Assembly (NCBI GenBank): GCA_030390025.1
Contig: CM059431.1
Location: forward strand, 145,826,001-145,890,000
Direction: 5' to 3'
DNA: 64,000 bases
Source of the DNA: Squalus acanthias
Lineage: Eukaryota
The position numbers and the translations under genes are program-made. The notes under the pieces were generated by a model, which searched no databases, was not told where the DNA came from, and was given only the letters and a program-made list of their open reading frames with translations. The stretch's first letter is position 1. Each line of letters opens with the position of its first letter. Of the stretch, positions 12,626-24,200 are shown piece by piece.

Positions 12626-13669
12626 AGCTCTAAGGAGAACAATCCCAGCTTCTCCAGTTTCTCCACATAACTTAAACCCTCATCCCTGGTAAATTCTGGT
12701 CAATCTCCCCTTAACCTTCACTGCTCTAAGGAGATAAATCACAACTTCTCCAGTCTCTGCATGTAACTGAAGTCCATTGTCCCTGATACCATTCTGCTCA
12801 AACTCCCTTTAAACATCTCTGCTCTAAGGAGAACAATCCCATCTCTTCTAAGCCTCTCCATGTAACTGAAGTCCCTCCTCCCTCGTACCATTCGGGACAA
12901 TCTCCCCTTAACCTTCTCTGCTCTAAGAAAAACAATCCCAGCATCTCTAATCCTCTACATGTAACTGAAGGACATCGTACTTAGTACAATTCTTGTCAAT
13001 CTCCCCGTAAACTTCGCTGCTCTAAGGAGAACAATCTTGCTTCTCCTGTCTCTCCATGGAACTGTCGCTTGCCCCGATACAATCCTGGTCAATCTGCCCA
13101 TAACCATCTCTGCGCTAAGGAGAACAATCCCAACATCTGCAGACTCTCAAGGTAAGTGAATGATCTCCTCTCTGGTATCATTCTGGTCAATGTGCCCTTA
13201 ACCTTCTCTGCTCTAAGGAGAACCATCCCAACTTCTTCAGTCTCGCCACATAACTGAAGTCTCTCGTCCCTGGTACCATTCTGGTCAATCTCCCCTTAAC
13301 CTTCTCTGCTCTAAGGAGAACAATCCCAGCTTTTCTAAGTCTCTTCACTTACCTGAAGTCCCTTTTCCGCGGTACCATTCTATTGAATCTCCTCTGCACT
13401 CTCTCAGCGAAAGGGATACGTGTTGCGGAGGGGGTGCAGCAGGAGGAGTGAAACTGGCAGAGAGAGAGAGAGAGATCAGATGGACGATGGGGAATAGATA
13501 CCGGTGCTGGGTCCAATAAAAGGTCTCCTTGCTGCAGGTGTTCGAAGACGGTGCTCTGAAGACGGAGCTTGGAGCAGGTGAGATTGGAGCTCGAGCTCGA
13601 ACCCTCCATATTCAGCAAATCTCCTAACAGCTACCTGTAAGAAGAAATACAGTTAGACAACATCCAATG

Positions 13670-14195
13670 GTAGAAGTCATGCTACAGCTAGACAAAGCCC
13701 TGGTGAGACCACACCTGCAGTACTGTGAGCAGTTCTGGGCACCACACCTCAGCAAGGAGATATTGGCCTTGGACGGAGTACAGCGTTGGCTTACCAGTAT
13801 TATAACTGGACTCCAAGGGTAAATTTACGAGGAGAGATTACACAAATTAGGGTTGTATTCCCTGGAATTTAGAAGGTTAAGGGATGATCTGATCGAAGTT
13901 TTCAAGATATTAAGGAGAACAGTTAGGTTAGACAGAGAGAAACTATTTCTGCTGGTTGGGAAGTCTAGCCTAAAAATCAGAGCCAGGCCTTTCAGGAATG
14001 AAGTTTGTAAACACTTCTACATGCAAAGGGTGGCTGAAGTTTGGAACTGTCGTACACAAGTGGCAATTGATGCCAGATCAATTGTTAAATTTAAATCTGA
14101 GTTTGATAGATTTTTGTGAACCAAAGGTAATAAGGGATATGGGGACAAAGGCGGGTGTATGGAGTTAGGTCACAGATCAGCCATGATCTCATTGA
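13670..14195 (+). mobile_element. CR1 LINE 3' fragment
   Basis: LVRPHLQYCEQFWAPH, YSLEFRRLRDDLIEVFKIL, followed by the CR1 3' UTR (GATCAGCCATGATCTCATTGAATG). Confidence 0.9.
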
Positions 14196-14415
14196 ATGTC
14201 CAGTCGCTGCGTATGTTCAAGGCAGAGATCGATAGATTTTCGGATACGAAGGGAACCAAGGGATGTGGGGATAGGGCAGGAAAGTGGAGTTGAGGTAGAA
14301 GACCCAGCCCTCTGGGGTAGAGAATTCCAAAGATTCACATCTGTCAGAGTGTTGAAATTTCTGCTCATCTCAGCCCTATGGGACTACACCTTATTTCTAG
14401 ATTCTTCATCCCCCT
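14196..14415. mobile_element. Two short CR1 3' fragments in opposite orientations
   Basis: TTCAAGGCAGAGATCGATAGATT...GGAGTTGAGG on the plus strand, then CTCTGGGGTAGAGAATTCCAAAGATTCAC (minus-strand CR1). Confidence 0.6.
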
Positions 14416-14419
14416 CGAT

Positions 14420-16452
14420 ATTAGGACAGGTGACGAAAAGCTTGGTCAAAGAGGTAAGGAGCTTCTTAAAAGGAGGAGAGAGAGAGAAGCAGCGAGATTT
14501 CGGGATAAATTCTAGAGATTAGGGCTGAGGCAGCTGAAGGCACAGCTTCCAATGGCTGAGCGATTAATATCGGAGATGTGCAAGATGCCAGAATTGGAGG
14601 AGAGCAGAGATCTCGGAGGGTTGTAGGTCTGCAGGTTACAGAGACAGGGAGGGTTGTAGGGCAGGAAGAGGGTAAAGACATAGGGAAGGTTGTAAGGGCT
14701 GGAGGACGTTACAGAGATAGGGAGGGTTGTAGGTCTGGAGGAGGTTACAGAGATAGGGAGGGTTGTAGGTCTGGAGGGGTTTACAGAGATAGGGAAGGTT
14801 GTAAGGGCTGGAGGGGTTTACAGAGATAGGGAAGGCTGTAGGGCTAGAGAGGTTTAGAGAGATAGGGAGGGTTGTGGGGACTGGAGGAGGTTACAGAGAT
14901 AGGGAGGGTTGTAGGTCTGGAGAAGGTTACAGAGTTAGGGAGGGTTGGAGTGCTGGAGGATGTGACAGAGATAGGGAGGGTTGTAGGGACTGGAGGAAGT
15001 TACAGATATTGGGAGGGTTATAGGGCTGGAGGAGGTTGCATTGATAGGGAGGGTTTTAGGGATAAAGTAGGTTACAGAGATAGGGAGTGTTGTAGGGCAG
15101 GAGGAGGTTACACAGATAGGGAGGGTTGTAGGGCTGGAGGAGGTTACAGAGATAGGATGGGTTGTAGGGGCTGGAGGAGGTTAGAGCTAGGGAGTGTTGT
15201 AGGGCTGGAGGAGGTTACAGGGATAGGGACGTTGTAGGGCTGGAGAGGTTACAGGGATAGGGAGGGTTGTAGGGCTAAAGGAGGTTGCAGAGATAGGGAG
15301 GGTTTAGGGATAAAGGAGTTTACAAAGATTGGGAGGGTTGTAGGGCAGGAGGTTACAGGGATAGGGTTGGTTGTAGGGCTGGAGGAGGTTAGAGCTCGGG
15401 AGGGTTGTAGGGCTGCAGGAGGTTACAGGGATCAGGAGGGTTGTAGGGCTGGAGGAGCTGAGAGAGATAGGGAGGGTGGTAGGGCAGGAGGAGATTACAG
15501 AAATATGGAGGTTATAGGGCAGCAGGAGGTTACAGGGATAGGGAGGGTTGTAGGGCTGGAGGAGATTACAGAGAGAGGGAGTTATCTGGGGCTGGAGGAG
15601 TTTACAGGGATAGTGAGGGTTGTAGGACTGGAGGAGATTACAGAGATCTGGAGGGTTGTAGGGCAGCAGGAGGTTACAGAGATAGGGAGGGTTGTAGGGC
15701 AGCAGGAGGTTACAGAGAATTGCAGATATGTAGGGGCTGGAGAGTGTTACTGAGATAGGGAGGGTTTACGGGGCTGTAGGATGTTACAGGGATAGGGAGG
15801 GTTGTCGGGCTGGTGGAGATTACACAGATAGGGAGGATTGTAGGGCTGGAAGATGTTACAGAGATAGGGAGAGTTGTAGGAGCTGGAGGAAGTTACAGAG
15901 ATAGGGAGGGTTGTAGAGCTGGAGGAGTTTACAGAGAATTGGAGATATGTAGTGGCTGGAGGTGGTTTGTGATAGGGAGCGTTTTAGGGGCTGGAGGAGG
16001 TTACAGGGACAGGGACGGTTGTAGGGCTGGAGAAGGTTACAGGGATAGGGAGGGTTGTAGAGCAGGAGGAGGTTACAGGGATAGGGAGGGTAGCAGGGCT
16101 GGAGGAGATTACAGGGATAGCGAGGGTTTTAGGGCTGGAGGAGGTTAGAGATAGGAAGTTGTTGAGGGCTGTGGAGGGATTTGAAAACATGATGAGAATT
16201 CTAAAATTGAAGTGTTCACGGACCAGGAGCCAGTGCAGGTCAGCAAGCACAGGATGGGGTGATGGGTGAACGGACTTGGTGTGAGTTGGGCTACGGGCCA
16301 GCAGAGTTTTAGATGAGTTGAAGTTTACGGAGGGTTGAAGATGGGAGGCTGGACAGGAGAGCGTCGGAATAGTCGAGACTGGAGGAGACGAAGAGCATGA
16401 ATGAGGGTTTCAGCAGCAGATGGAGTGAAGCAGGGTCGGAGACGGGCGATGT
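14420..16452 (-). mobile_element. L2 LINE 3' fragment with internal minisatellite expansion
   Basis: LADLHWL..HFNFRILI on one side (16160-16450) and the L2 continuation YNPPRSL.SSNSG.L plus 3' UTR on the other (14420-14625). Confidence 0.88.
14615..16160. repeat. 36/37-bp L2-derived minisatellite, degenerate copy
   Basis: Same unit as 860-3100 but visibly more mutated. Confidence 0.92.
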
Positions 16453-17560
16453 CGCACTATCTCGAAGCAACTACTTGGAGACGCAGGCAACCTCCAGCTT
16501 CAGTCCTACCCGACCTTTACTGTCACAGCACCGTGAACTTTAGACATTGTGGTTGCCCATGTTACGATAACAGTGAAAGAATCCATTGTCTCTCATGGTA
16601 TAACTTACAAGGAAATGTCTGACAAAGGGTTAATTGGGCAATAAAGTGGGATTGAACCGATTACCAGCTCAAAGTCCTCTCAGAGCACCCTTGAAGGACA
16701 GAGCAGGAATGATAAGAGCTTGCCGGCATCCTGGCTTATTCAACACTTCCATCGTCGAGATATGCTTGCTGCAAAAATGGTCAGAGTACATTGAAAGGAA
16801 TCGGTAAACAAGAACAGGAGGAGGCCATTCAGCCCCTCGAGCCTCTTACCCGGGAACAGGAGAAGGCCATTCAGCCCCTCGAGCCTGTTACCCGGGTACA
16901 GGAGGAGGCCCATTCAGCCCCTCGAGCCTGTTCCACAGGAACAGGAGGAGGCCATTCAGCCCCTCAAGTCTGTTCCACAGGAACAGGAGGAGGCTATTCA
17001 GCCCCTCAAGCCTGTTCCACAGGAACAGGAGGAGGCCATTCAGCCCCTCAAGCATGTTACACGGGAACTAGAGGACGAAGCCATTCAGCCTCTCGAGCCT
17101 GTTACATGGGAACAGGAGGAGGCCTTTCAGCCCTTTGAGTCTGTTCCGTCAATTCAGTTAGAACACGTCTGATCTGTATCTTAACTCCATCCATCGGCCT
17201 TGGTTCCGTAACTTACGATTCCGGTCTTGCGGGTGGGAGGTGGGAGGTCGGGGGTTTTGGTTAGGGCCGACCCAGATAGGGGATTTCAGGCATTTTCTTC
17301 AGGGAATAGGGGAGCGACCCTAAGTCGAAACACTCTATCACGTCCCTCGACATTCCGTGGGCTATCCCCTGCCCACACATTGTTGACTAATATTTCAACC
17401 CTCCTCCCACATCAATCATTCACGTCTGCCTCAGCCCATAACTCCCCCAGAGATCTCCACTCCTCCCATTAATCCCCCACATCTCGCTCCACCACCGGCT
17501 TGCTACCCAACACTCCAATTATCCCCCACCCCATCTTCACTCAAACCCCCTCCCTCCACC
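15990..17560 (+). repeat. Second copy of local duplication (paralogue of about 2920-4570)
   Basis: ORF pairs 3338/16401, 3726/16791 and 4513/17500. Same order: L2 piece, unique spacer, 42-bp repeat, C-rich tract. Confidence 0.92.
16810..17212 (-). repeat. 42-bp CR1-tail minisatellite, second copy (about 8 units)
   Basis: Same unit as 3745-4160. Confidence 0.85.
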
Positions 17561-18252
17561 TCGCTCCCCCTCCCCAACCTCACTCACCCTGCCCCACCCG
17601 CACACCCAGCACCTCCCCAACCTCACACCCCCTCCCTCACTCTCTTCCCCTTGTTCACTCCCCCTCCATCACAGCCGCCACCACCCTCCCCCACTCAACA
17701 CCCTCCCACACTCATTCCCTTCATTCAGCCCCTGCCCCATACTCACAATTGCCCCAACCTCATTCCCACTCCCTCCACAGCTCCCTCACACACTCTCCTC
17801 CACTCATCGTCCCTCACTCCCACACCCTCCGATCCTCCCTCACTCTCCACCCCCCATTCTCCCCCTCACCTCCCCCAAGCACACTCCTCCCCTCCATTCC
17901 CATCCCCCCATCTCCCTTACACCTGTCTCCTCTCCCCCCCTCTCTCTCCCCTTCTCTCCCCCTCCTTCTCTCCCCCTGCCCCATAATCCTCGGCTCACAA
18001 TCCATGTCTCTCTCTTCTCTCCCCCTTCCACACCACCCTCCCACTCTCCCTTTCCTTTCTCCTCTATCACACAATCACCCACTCCCCTCTCTCTCACCTC
18101 TCTCTTTCCCCTCCCTCTCTCCCCTGCCACTCCCCTGCCCCTGTCACCCATGTGTTTGCCCCTCACTCTCCAACTCTCTCTATATCACTCCCCTGACTCT
18201 CTCTAACACCCTCTCTCAATCTCCCTCTCTCTCACTCTCCCTTTCTCTCTCA
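17470..18252. repeat. C/CT-rich low-complexity tract
   Basis: Pyrimidine-rich plus strand directly abutting the satellite. Confidence 0.9.
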
Positions 18253-21200
18253 CAATTTCTGGAAAATGGAGAGTGAGAGTGTGAGGTCCACAGTTTGATC
18301 AATTACTGGAACACGGAGAGTGAGAGTGTGAGGGACACAGTGTGTAAATTACTGGAACACGGAGAGTGAGAGTATGAGGGACACAGTGTGTGGAATTACT
18401 GGAACACGGAGAGTGAGTGTGAGGGGCACATTGTGTTCAAGTACTGGAACACGGAGAGTGAGAATGTGAGGGCCATTATGTGTACAATTACTGAACACAG
18501 GAGAGTGAGTGTGAGGGACACAGTGTGTAAAATTACGGGAACACGGAAAGTGAGAGTGTGGGGCACACAGAGTGTAAATTCATGGAGCACGGAGTTGAGA
18601 GTGTGAGGGACACAGTGAGGTAATCAGTGGAACACGGAGAGTGAGAGTGTGAGGGACACAGTATGTCCAATTACTGGAACACGGAGAGTGAGAGTGTCAG
18701 GGACACAGTGTGTGCAATTACTGGAACACGGAGAGTGAGAGTGTCAGGGACACAGTGTGTGCAATTACTGGAACACGGAGAGTGTCAGGGACACAATGTG
18801 TACAATTACTGGAACACGGAGAGTGAGAGTGTCAGGGACACCGTGTGTACAATTACTGGAACATGGAGAGTGAGAGTGCGAGGGACACAGTTAGTGTAAA
18901 ATTACTGGAACACGGAGAGTTATAGTGTGAGGTACACATAGAGTTCAATTACTGGAACACGGAGAGTGAGAGTGTGAGGGACACAGAGTGTTCAATTACT
19001 GGAACATGGAGAGTGAGAGTGTGAAGGACAGAGAGTGTGCAATTACTGGAACAAGGAGAGTGAGAGTGTGAGGGACACAGAGTGTGAAATTACTGGAACA
19101 AGGAGAGTGAGAGTGTGAGGGACACAGAGTGTTCAAATACTGGAACACGGAGAGTGAGAGTGTGAGGGACACTGTGAAATTACTGGAACACGGAGATTGA
19201 GAGTGTGAGGGACACAGTGTGTGGAATTACTGGAACACGGAGAGTGAGAGTGTGAGGGACACAGAGTGTTCAATTACTGGATCACGGAGAGTGAGAATGT
19301 GAGGGACACAGTGTGTGGAATTACTGGATCACGGAGAGTGAGAGTGCTTGGGACACAGAGTACAATTGCTGGAACACAGAGAGTGAGAGTGTGAGGGACA
19401 CAGAGTGTACAAATACTGGAACATGGAGAGTGAGAGTGCGAGGGACACAGAGTGTACAATTGCTGGAACACGGAGAGTGAGAGTGTAAGGGACACAGAGT
19501 GTACAATTACTGGAACACGGAGAGTGAGAGCGTGAGGGACACAGAGTGTACAATTAATGGAACACGGAGAGTGAGAGTGTGAGGGACACTGTGTGTAAAA
19601 TTACTGGAACAAGGAGGATGAGAGTGTGAGGGACACAGAGTGTACAAATACTGGAACATGGAGAGTGAGAGTGCGAGGGACACAGAGTGTACAATTGCTG
19701 GAACACGGAGAGTGAGAGTGTGAGGGACACAGAGTGTACAATTACTGGAACACGGAGAGTGAGAGTGTGAGGGACACAGTGTGTGGAATTACTGGAACAA
19801 GGAGAGTGAGAGTGTGAGGGACACAGAGTGTACAATTACTGGAACACGGAGAGTAAGAGTGTCAGGGACAGAGAGTGTGCAATTACTGCAACACGGAGAG
19901 TGAGAGTGTGAGGGCCACAGAGTGTACAATTACTGGAACACGGAGAGTGTCAGGGACACAGAGTGTGCAATTACTGGAACACGGAGAGTGTCAGGGACAC
20001 AATGTGTGCAATTACTGGAACACGGAGAGTGAGAGTGTCAGGGACACAGTAGTAACAATTACTGGAACACGGAGAGTGAGAGTGTCAGGGACACAGTTGT
20101 AACAATTACTGGAACACGGAGAGTGAGAGTGTCAGGGAGACAGTGGTAACAATTACTGGAACAAGGAGAGTGAGAGTGTGAGGGACACAGATTGTACAAT
20201 TGCTGGAACACAGAGAGTGAGAGTGTGAGGGACACAGAGTGTACAAATACTGGAACATGGAGAGTGAGAGTGCGAGGGACACAGAGTGTACAATTGCTGG
20301 AACACGGAGAGTGAGAGTGTGAGGGACACAGAGTGTACAATTACTGGAACACGGAGAGTGAGAGTGTGAGGGACACAGAGTGTACAATTAATGGAACACG
20401 GAGAGTGAGAGTGTGAGGGACACAGTGTGTGGAATTACTGGAACAAGGAGGTTGAGAGTGTGAGGAACACAGAGTGTACTATTACTGGAACACGGAGAGT
20501 GAGAGTGTCAGGGACAGAGAGTGTGCAATTACTGGAACACGGAGAGTGAGTGTGTGAGGGCCACAGAGTGTACAATTACTGGAACACGGAGAGTGAGAGT
20601 GTGAGGGACACAGTGTGTAACAATTACTGGAACATGGAGAGTGAGAGTGTCAGGGACACAGTGTGTCCAATTACTGGAACACGGAGAGTGTCAGGGACAC
20701 CGTGTGTACAATTACTGGAACACGGAGAGTGAGAGTGCGAGGGACACAGTTAGTGAAAAATTACTGGAACACGGAGAGTTATAGTGTGAGGTACACATAG
20801 AGTACAATTACTGGAACATGGAGAGTGAGTGTGTGAGGGACACAGAATGTACAATTACTGGATCACGGAGAGTGAGAGTGTGAGGGACACAGAGTGTACA
20901 ATTACTGGAACACGGAGAGTGAGAGTGTGAGGGACACCGTATGTACAATTACTGGAACACGGAGAGTGAGAGTATGAGGGACACAGAATGTACAATTACT
21001 GGAACACGGAGAGTGAGAGTGTGAGGGACACTGAAATTACTGGAACACGGAGAGTGAGAGTGTGAGGGACACAGTGTGTGGAATTACTGGATCACGGAGA
21101 GTGAGAGTGTGAGGAACACAGAGTGTTAATTATTGGATCAGGGAGAGGAGAGTGTGAGGGACACAGAGTGTTCAATTACTGGATCACAGAGAGTGAGAGT

Positions 21201-24200
21201 GTGAGGGACATAGTGTGTGGAATTACTGGATCACGGAGAGTGAGAGTGTGAGGGAAACAGAGTGTATAATTACAGGATTACGGAGAGTGAGAGTGCGAGG
21301 GAAACAGAGTGTGAAATTACTGGAACAAGGAGAGTGAGAGTGTGAGGGACACAGAGTGTTCAATTACTGGATCACGGAGAGTGAGAATGTGAGGGACACA
21401 GTGTGTGGAATTACTGGATCACGGAGAGTGAGAGTGCTTGGGACACAGAGTACAATTGCTGGAACACAGAGAGTGAGAGTGTGAGGGACACAGAGTGTAC
21501 AAATACTGGAACATGGAGAGTGAGAGTGCGAGGGACACTGAGTGTACAATTGCTGGAACACGGAGAGTGAGAGTGTAAGGGACACAGAGTGTATAATTAC
21601 AGGATTACGGAGAGTGAGAGTGCGAGGGAAACAGAGTGTGAAATTACTGGAACAAGGAGAGTGAGAGTGTGAGGGACACAGAGTGTTCAATTACTGGATC
21701 ACGGAGAGTGAGAATGTGAGGGACACAGTGTGTGGAATTACTGGATCACGGAGAGTGAGAGTGCTTGGGACACAGAGTACAATTGCTGGAACACAGAGAG
21801 TGAGAGTGTGAGGGACACAGAGTGTACAAATACTGGAACATGGAGAGTGAGAGTGCGAGGGACACAGAGTGTACAATTGCTGGAACACGGAGAGTGAGAG
21901 TGTAAGGGACACAGAGTGTACAATTACTGGAACACGGAGAGTGCGAGCGTGAGGGACACAGAGTGTACAATTAATGGAACACGGAGAGTGAGAGTGTGAG
22001 GGACACAGTGTGTGGAATTACTGGAACAAGGAGGATGAGAGTGTGAGGGACACAGAGTGTACAAATACTGGAACATGGAGAGTGAGAGTGCGAGGGACAC
22101 AGAGTGTACAATTGCTGGAACACGGAGAGTGAGAGTGTGAGGGACACAGAATGTACAATTACTGGAACACGGAGAGTGAGAGTGTGAGGGACACAGTGTG
22201 TGGAATTACTGGAACAAGGAGAGTGAGAGTGTGAGGGACACAGAGTGTACAATTACTGGAACACGGAGAGTGAGAGTGTCAGGGACAGAGAGTGTGCAAT
22301 TACTGCAACACGGAGAGTGAGAGTGTGAGGGCCACAGAGTGTACAATTACTGGAACACGGAGAGTGTCAGGGACACAGAGTGTGCAATTACTGGAACACG
22401 GAGAGTGTCAGGGACACAATGTGTGCAATTACTGGAACACGGAGAGTGAGAGTGTCAGGGACACAGTAGTAACAATTACTGGAACACGGAGAGTGAGAGT
22501 GTCAGGGACACAGTGGTAACAATTACTGGAACACGGAGAGTGAGAGTGTCAGGGACACAGTGGTAACAATTACTGGAACAAGGAGAGTGAGAGTGTGAGG
22601 GACACAGATTGTACAATTGCTGGAACACAGAGAGTGAGAGTGTGAGGGACACAGAGTGTACAAATACTGGAACATGGAGAGTGAGAGTGCGAGGGACACA
22701 GAGTGTACAATTGCTGGAACACGGAGAGTGAGAGTGTCAGGGACACAGAGTGTACAATTAATGGAACACGGAGAGTGAGAGTGTCAGGGACAGAGAGTGT
22801 GCAATTACTGCAACACGGAGAGTGAGAGTGTGAGGGCCACAGAGTGTACAATTACTGGAACACGGAGAGTGTCAGGGACACAGAGTGTGCAATTACTGGA
22901 ACACGGAGAGTGTCAGGGACACAATGTGTGCAATTACTGGAACACGGAGAGTGAGAGTGTCAGGGACACAGTAGTAACAATTACTGGAACACGGAGAGTG
23001 AGAGTGTCAGGGACACAGTTGTAACAATTACTGGAACACGGAGAGTGAGAGTGTCAGGGAGACAGTGGTAACAATTACTGGAACAAGGAGAGTGAGAGTG
23101 TGAGGGACACAGATTGTACAATTGCTGGAACACAGAGAGTGAGAGTGTGAGGGACACAGAGTGTACAAATACTGGAACATGGAGAGTGAGAGTGCGAGGG
23201 ACACAGAGTGTACAATTGCTGGAACACGGAGAGTGAGAGTGTGAGGGACACAGAGTGTACAATTACTGGAACACGGAGAGTGAGAGTGTGAGGGACACAG
23301 AGTGTACAATTAATGGAACACGGAGAGTGAGAGTGTGAGGGACACAGTGTGTGGAATTACTGGAACAAGGAGGTTGAGAGTGTGAGGAACACAGAGTGTA
23401 CTATTACTGGAACACGGAGAGTGAGAGTGTCAGGGACAGAGAGTGTGCAATTACTGGAACACGGAGAGTGAGTGTGTGAGGGCCACAGAGTGTACAATTA
23501 CTGGAACACGGAGAGTGAGAGTGTGAGGGACACAGTGTGTAACAATTACTGGAACATGGAGAGTGAGAGTGTCAGGGACACAGTGTGTCCAATTACTGGA
23601 ACACGGAGAGTGTCAGGGACACCGTGTGTACAATTACTGGAACACGGAGAGTGAGAGTGCGAGGGACACAGTTAGTGAAAAATTACTGGAACACGGAGAG
23701 TTATAGTGTGAGGTACACATAGAGTACAATTACTGGAACATGGAGAGTGAGTGTGTGAGGGACACAGAATGTACAATTACTGGATCACGGAGAGTGAGAG
23801 TGTGAGGGACACAGAGTGTACAATTACTGGAACACGGAGAGTGAGAGTGTGAGGGACACCGTATGTACAATTACTGGAACACGGAGAGTGAGAGTATGAG
23901 GGACACAGAATGTACAATTACTGGAACACGGAGAGTGAGAGTGTGAGGGACACTGAAATTACTGGAACACGGAGAGTGAGAGTGTGAGGGACACAGTGTG
24001 TGGAATTACTGGATCACGGAGAGTGAGAGTGTGAGGAACACAGAGTGTTAATTATTGGATCAGGGAGAGGAGAGTGTGAGGGACACAGAGTGTTCAATTA
24101 CTGGATCACAGAGAGTGAGAGTGTGAGGGACATAGTGTGTGGAATTACTGGATCACGGAGAGTGAGAGTGTGAGGGAAACAGAGTGTATAATTACAGGAT

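Larger units (their letters stand above)
6525..13400 (-). repeat. 98/99-bp tandem repeat of a CR1 ORF2 segment, in blocks 6525-7586, 8620-9720 and 12573-13400
   Basis: Unit CTGCTCTAAGGAGAACAATCCCAGCTTCTCC...GTAACTGAAGTCCCTCGTCCCTGGTACCATTCTGGTCAATCTCCCCTTAACCTTCT. The minus strand encodes a TRMVPG.RDFSY.ERLEKLGLFSLEQRRLRGD-like peptide. Confidence 0.9.
6157..13408 (-). mobile_element. Old 5'-truncated CR1 LINE, inflated by an internal minisatellite and nested insertions
   Basis: 3' tail at 6157 (CATAGAA...GAAGGAGGCCATTCGGCCC) and CR1 3' region to about 6530. The matching upstream piece ERVQRRFNRMVP is at 13370-13408. Confidence 0.8.
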
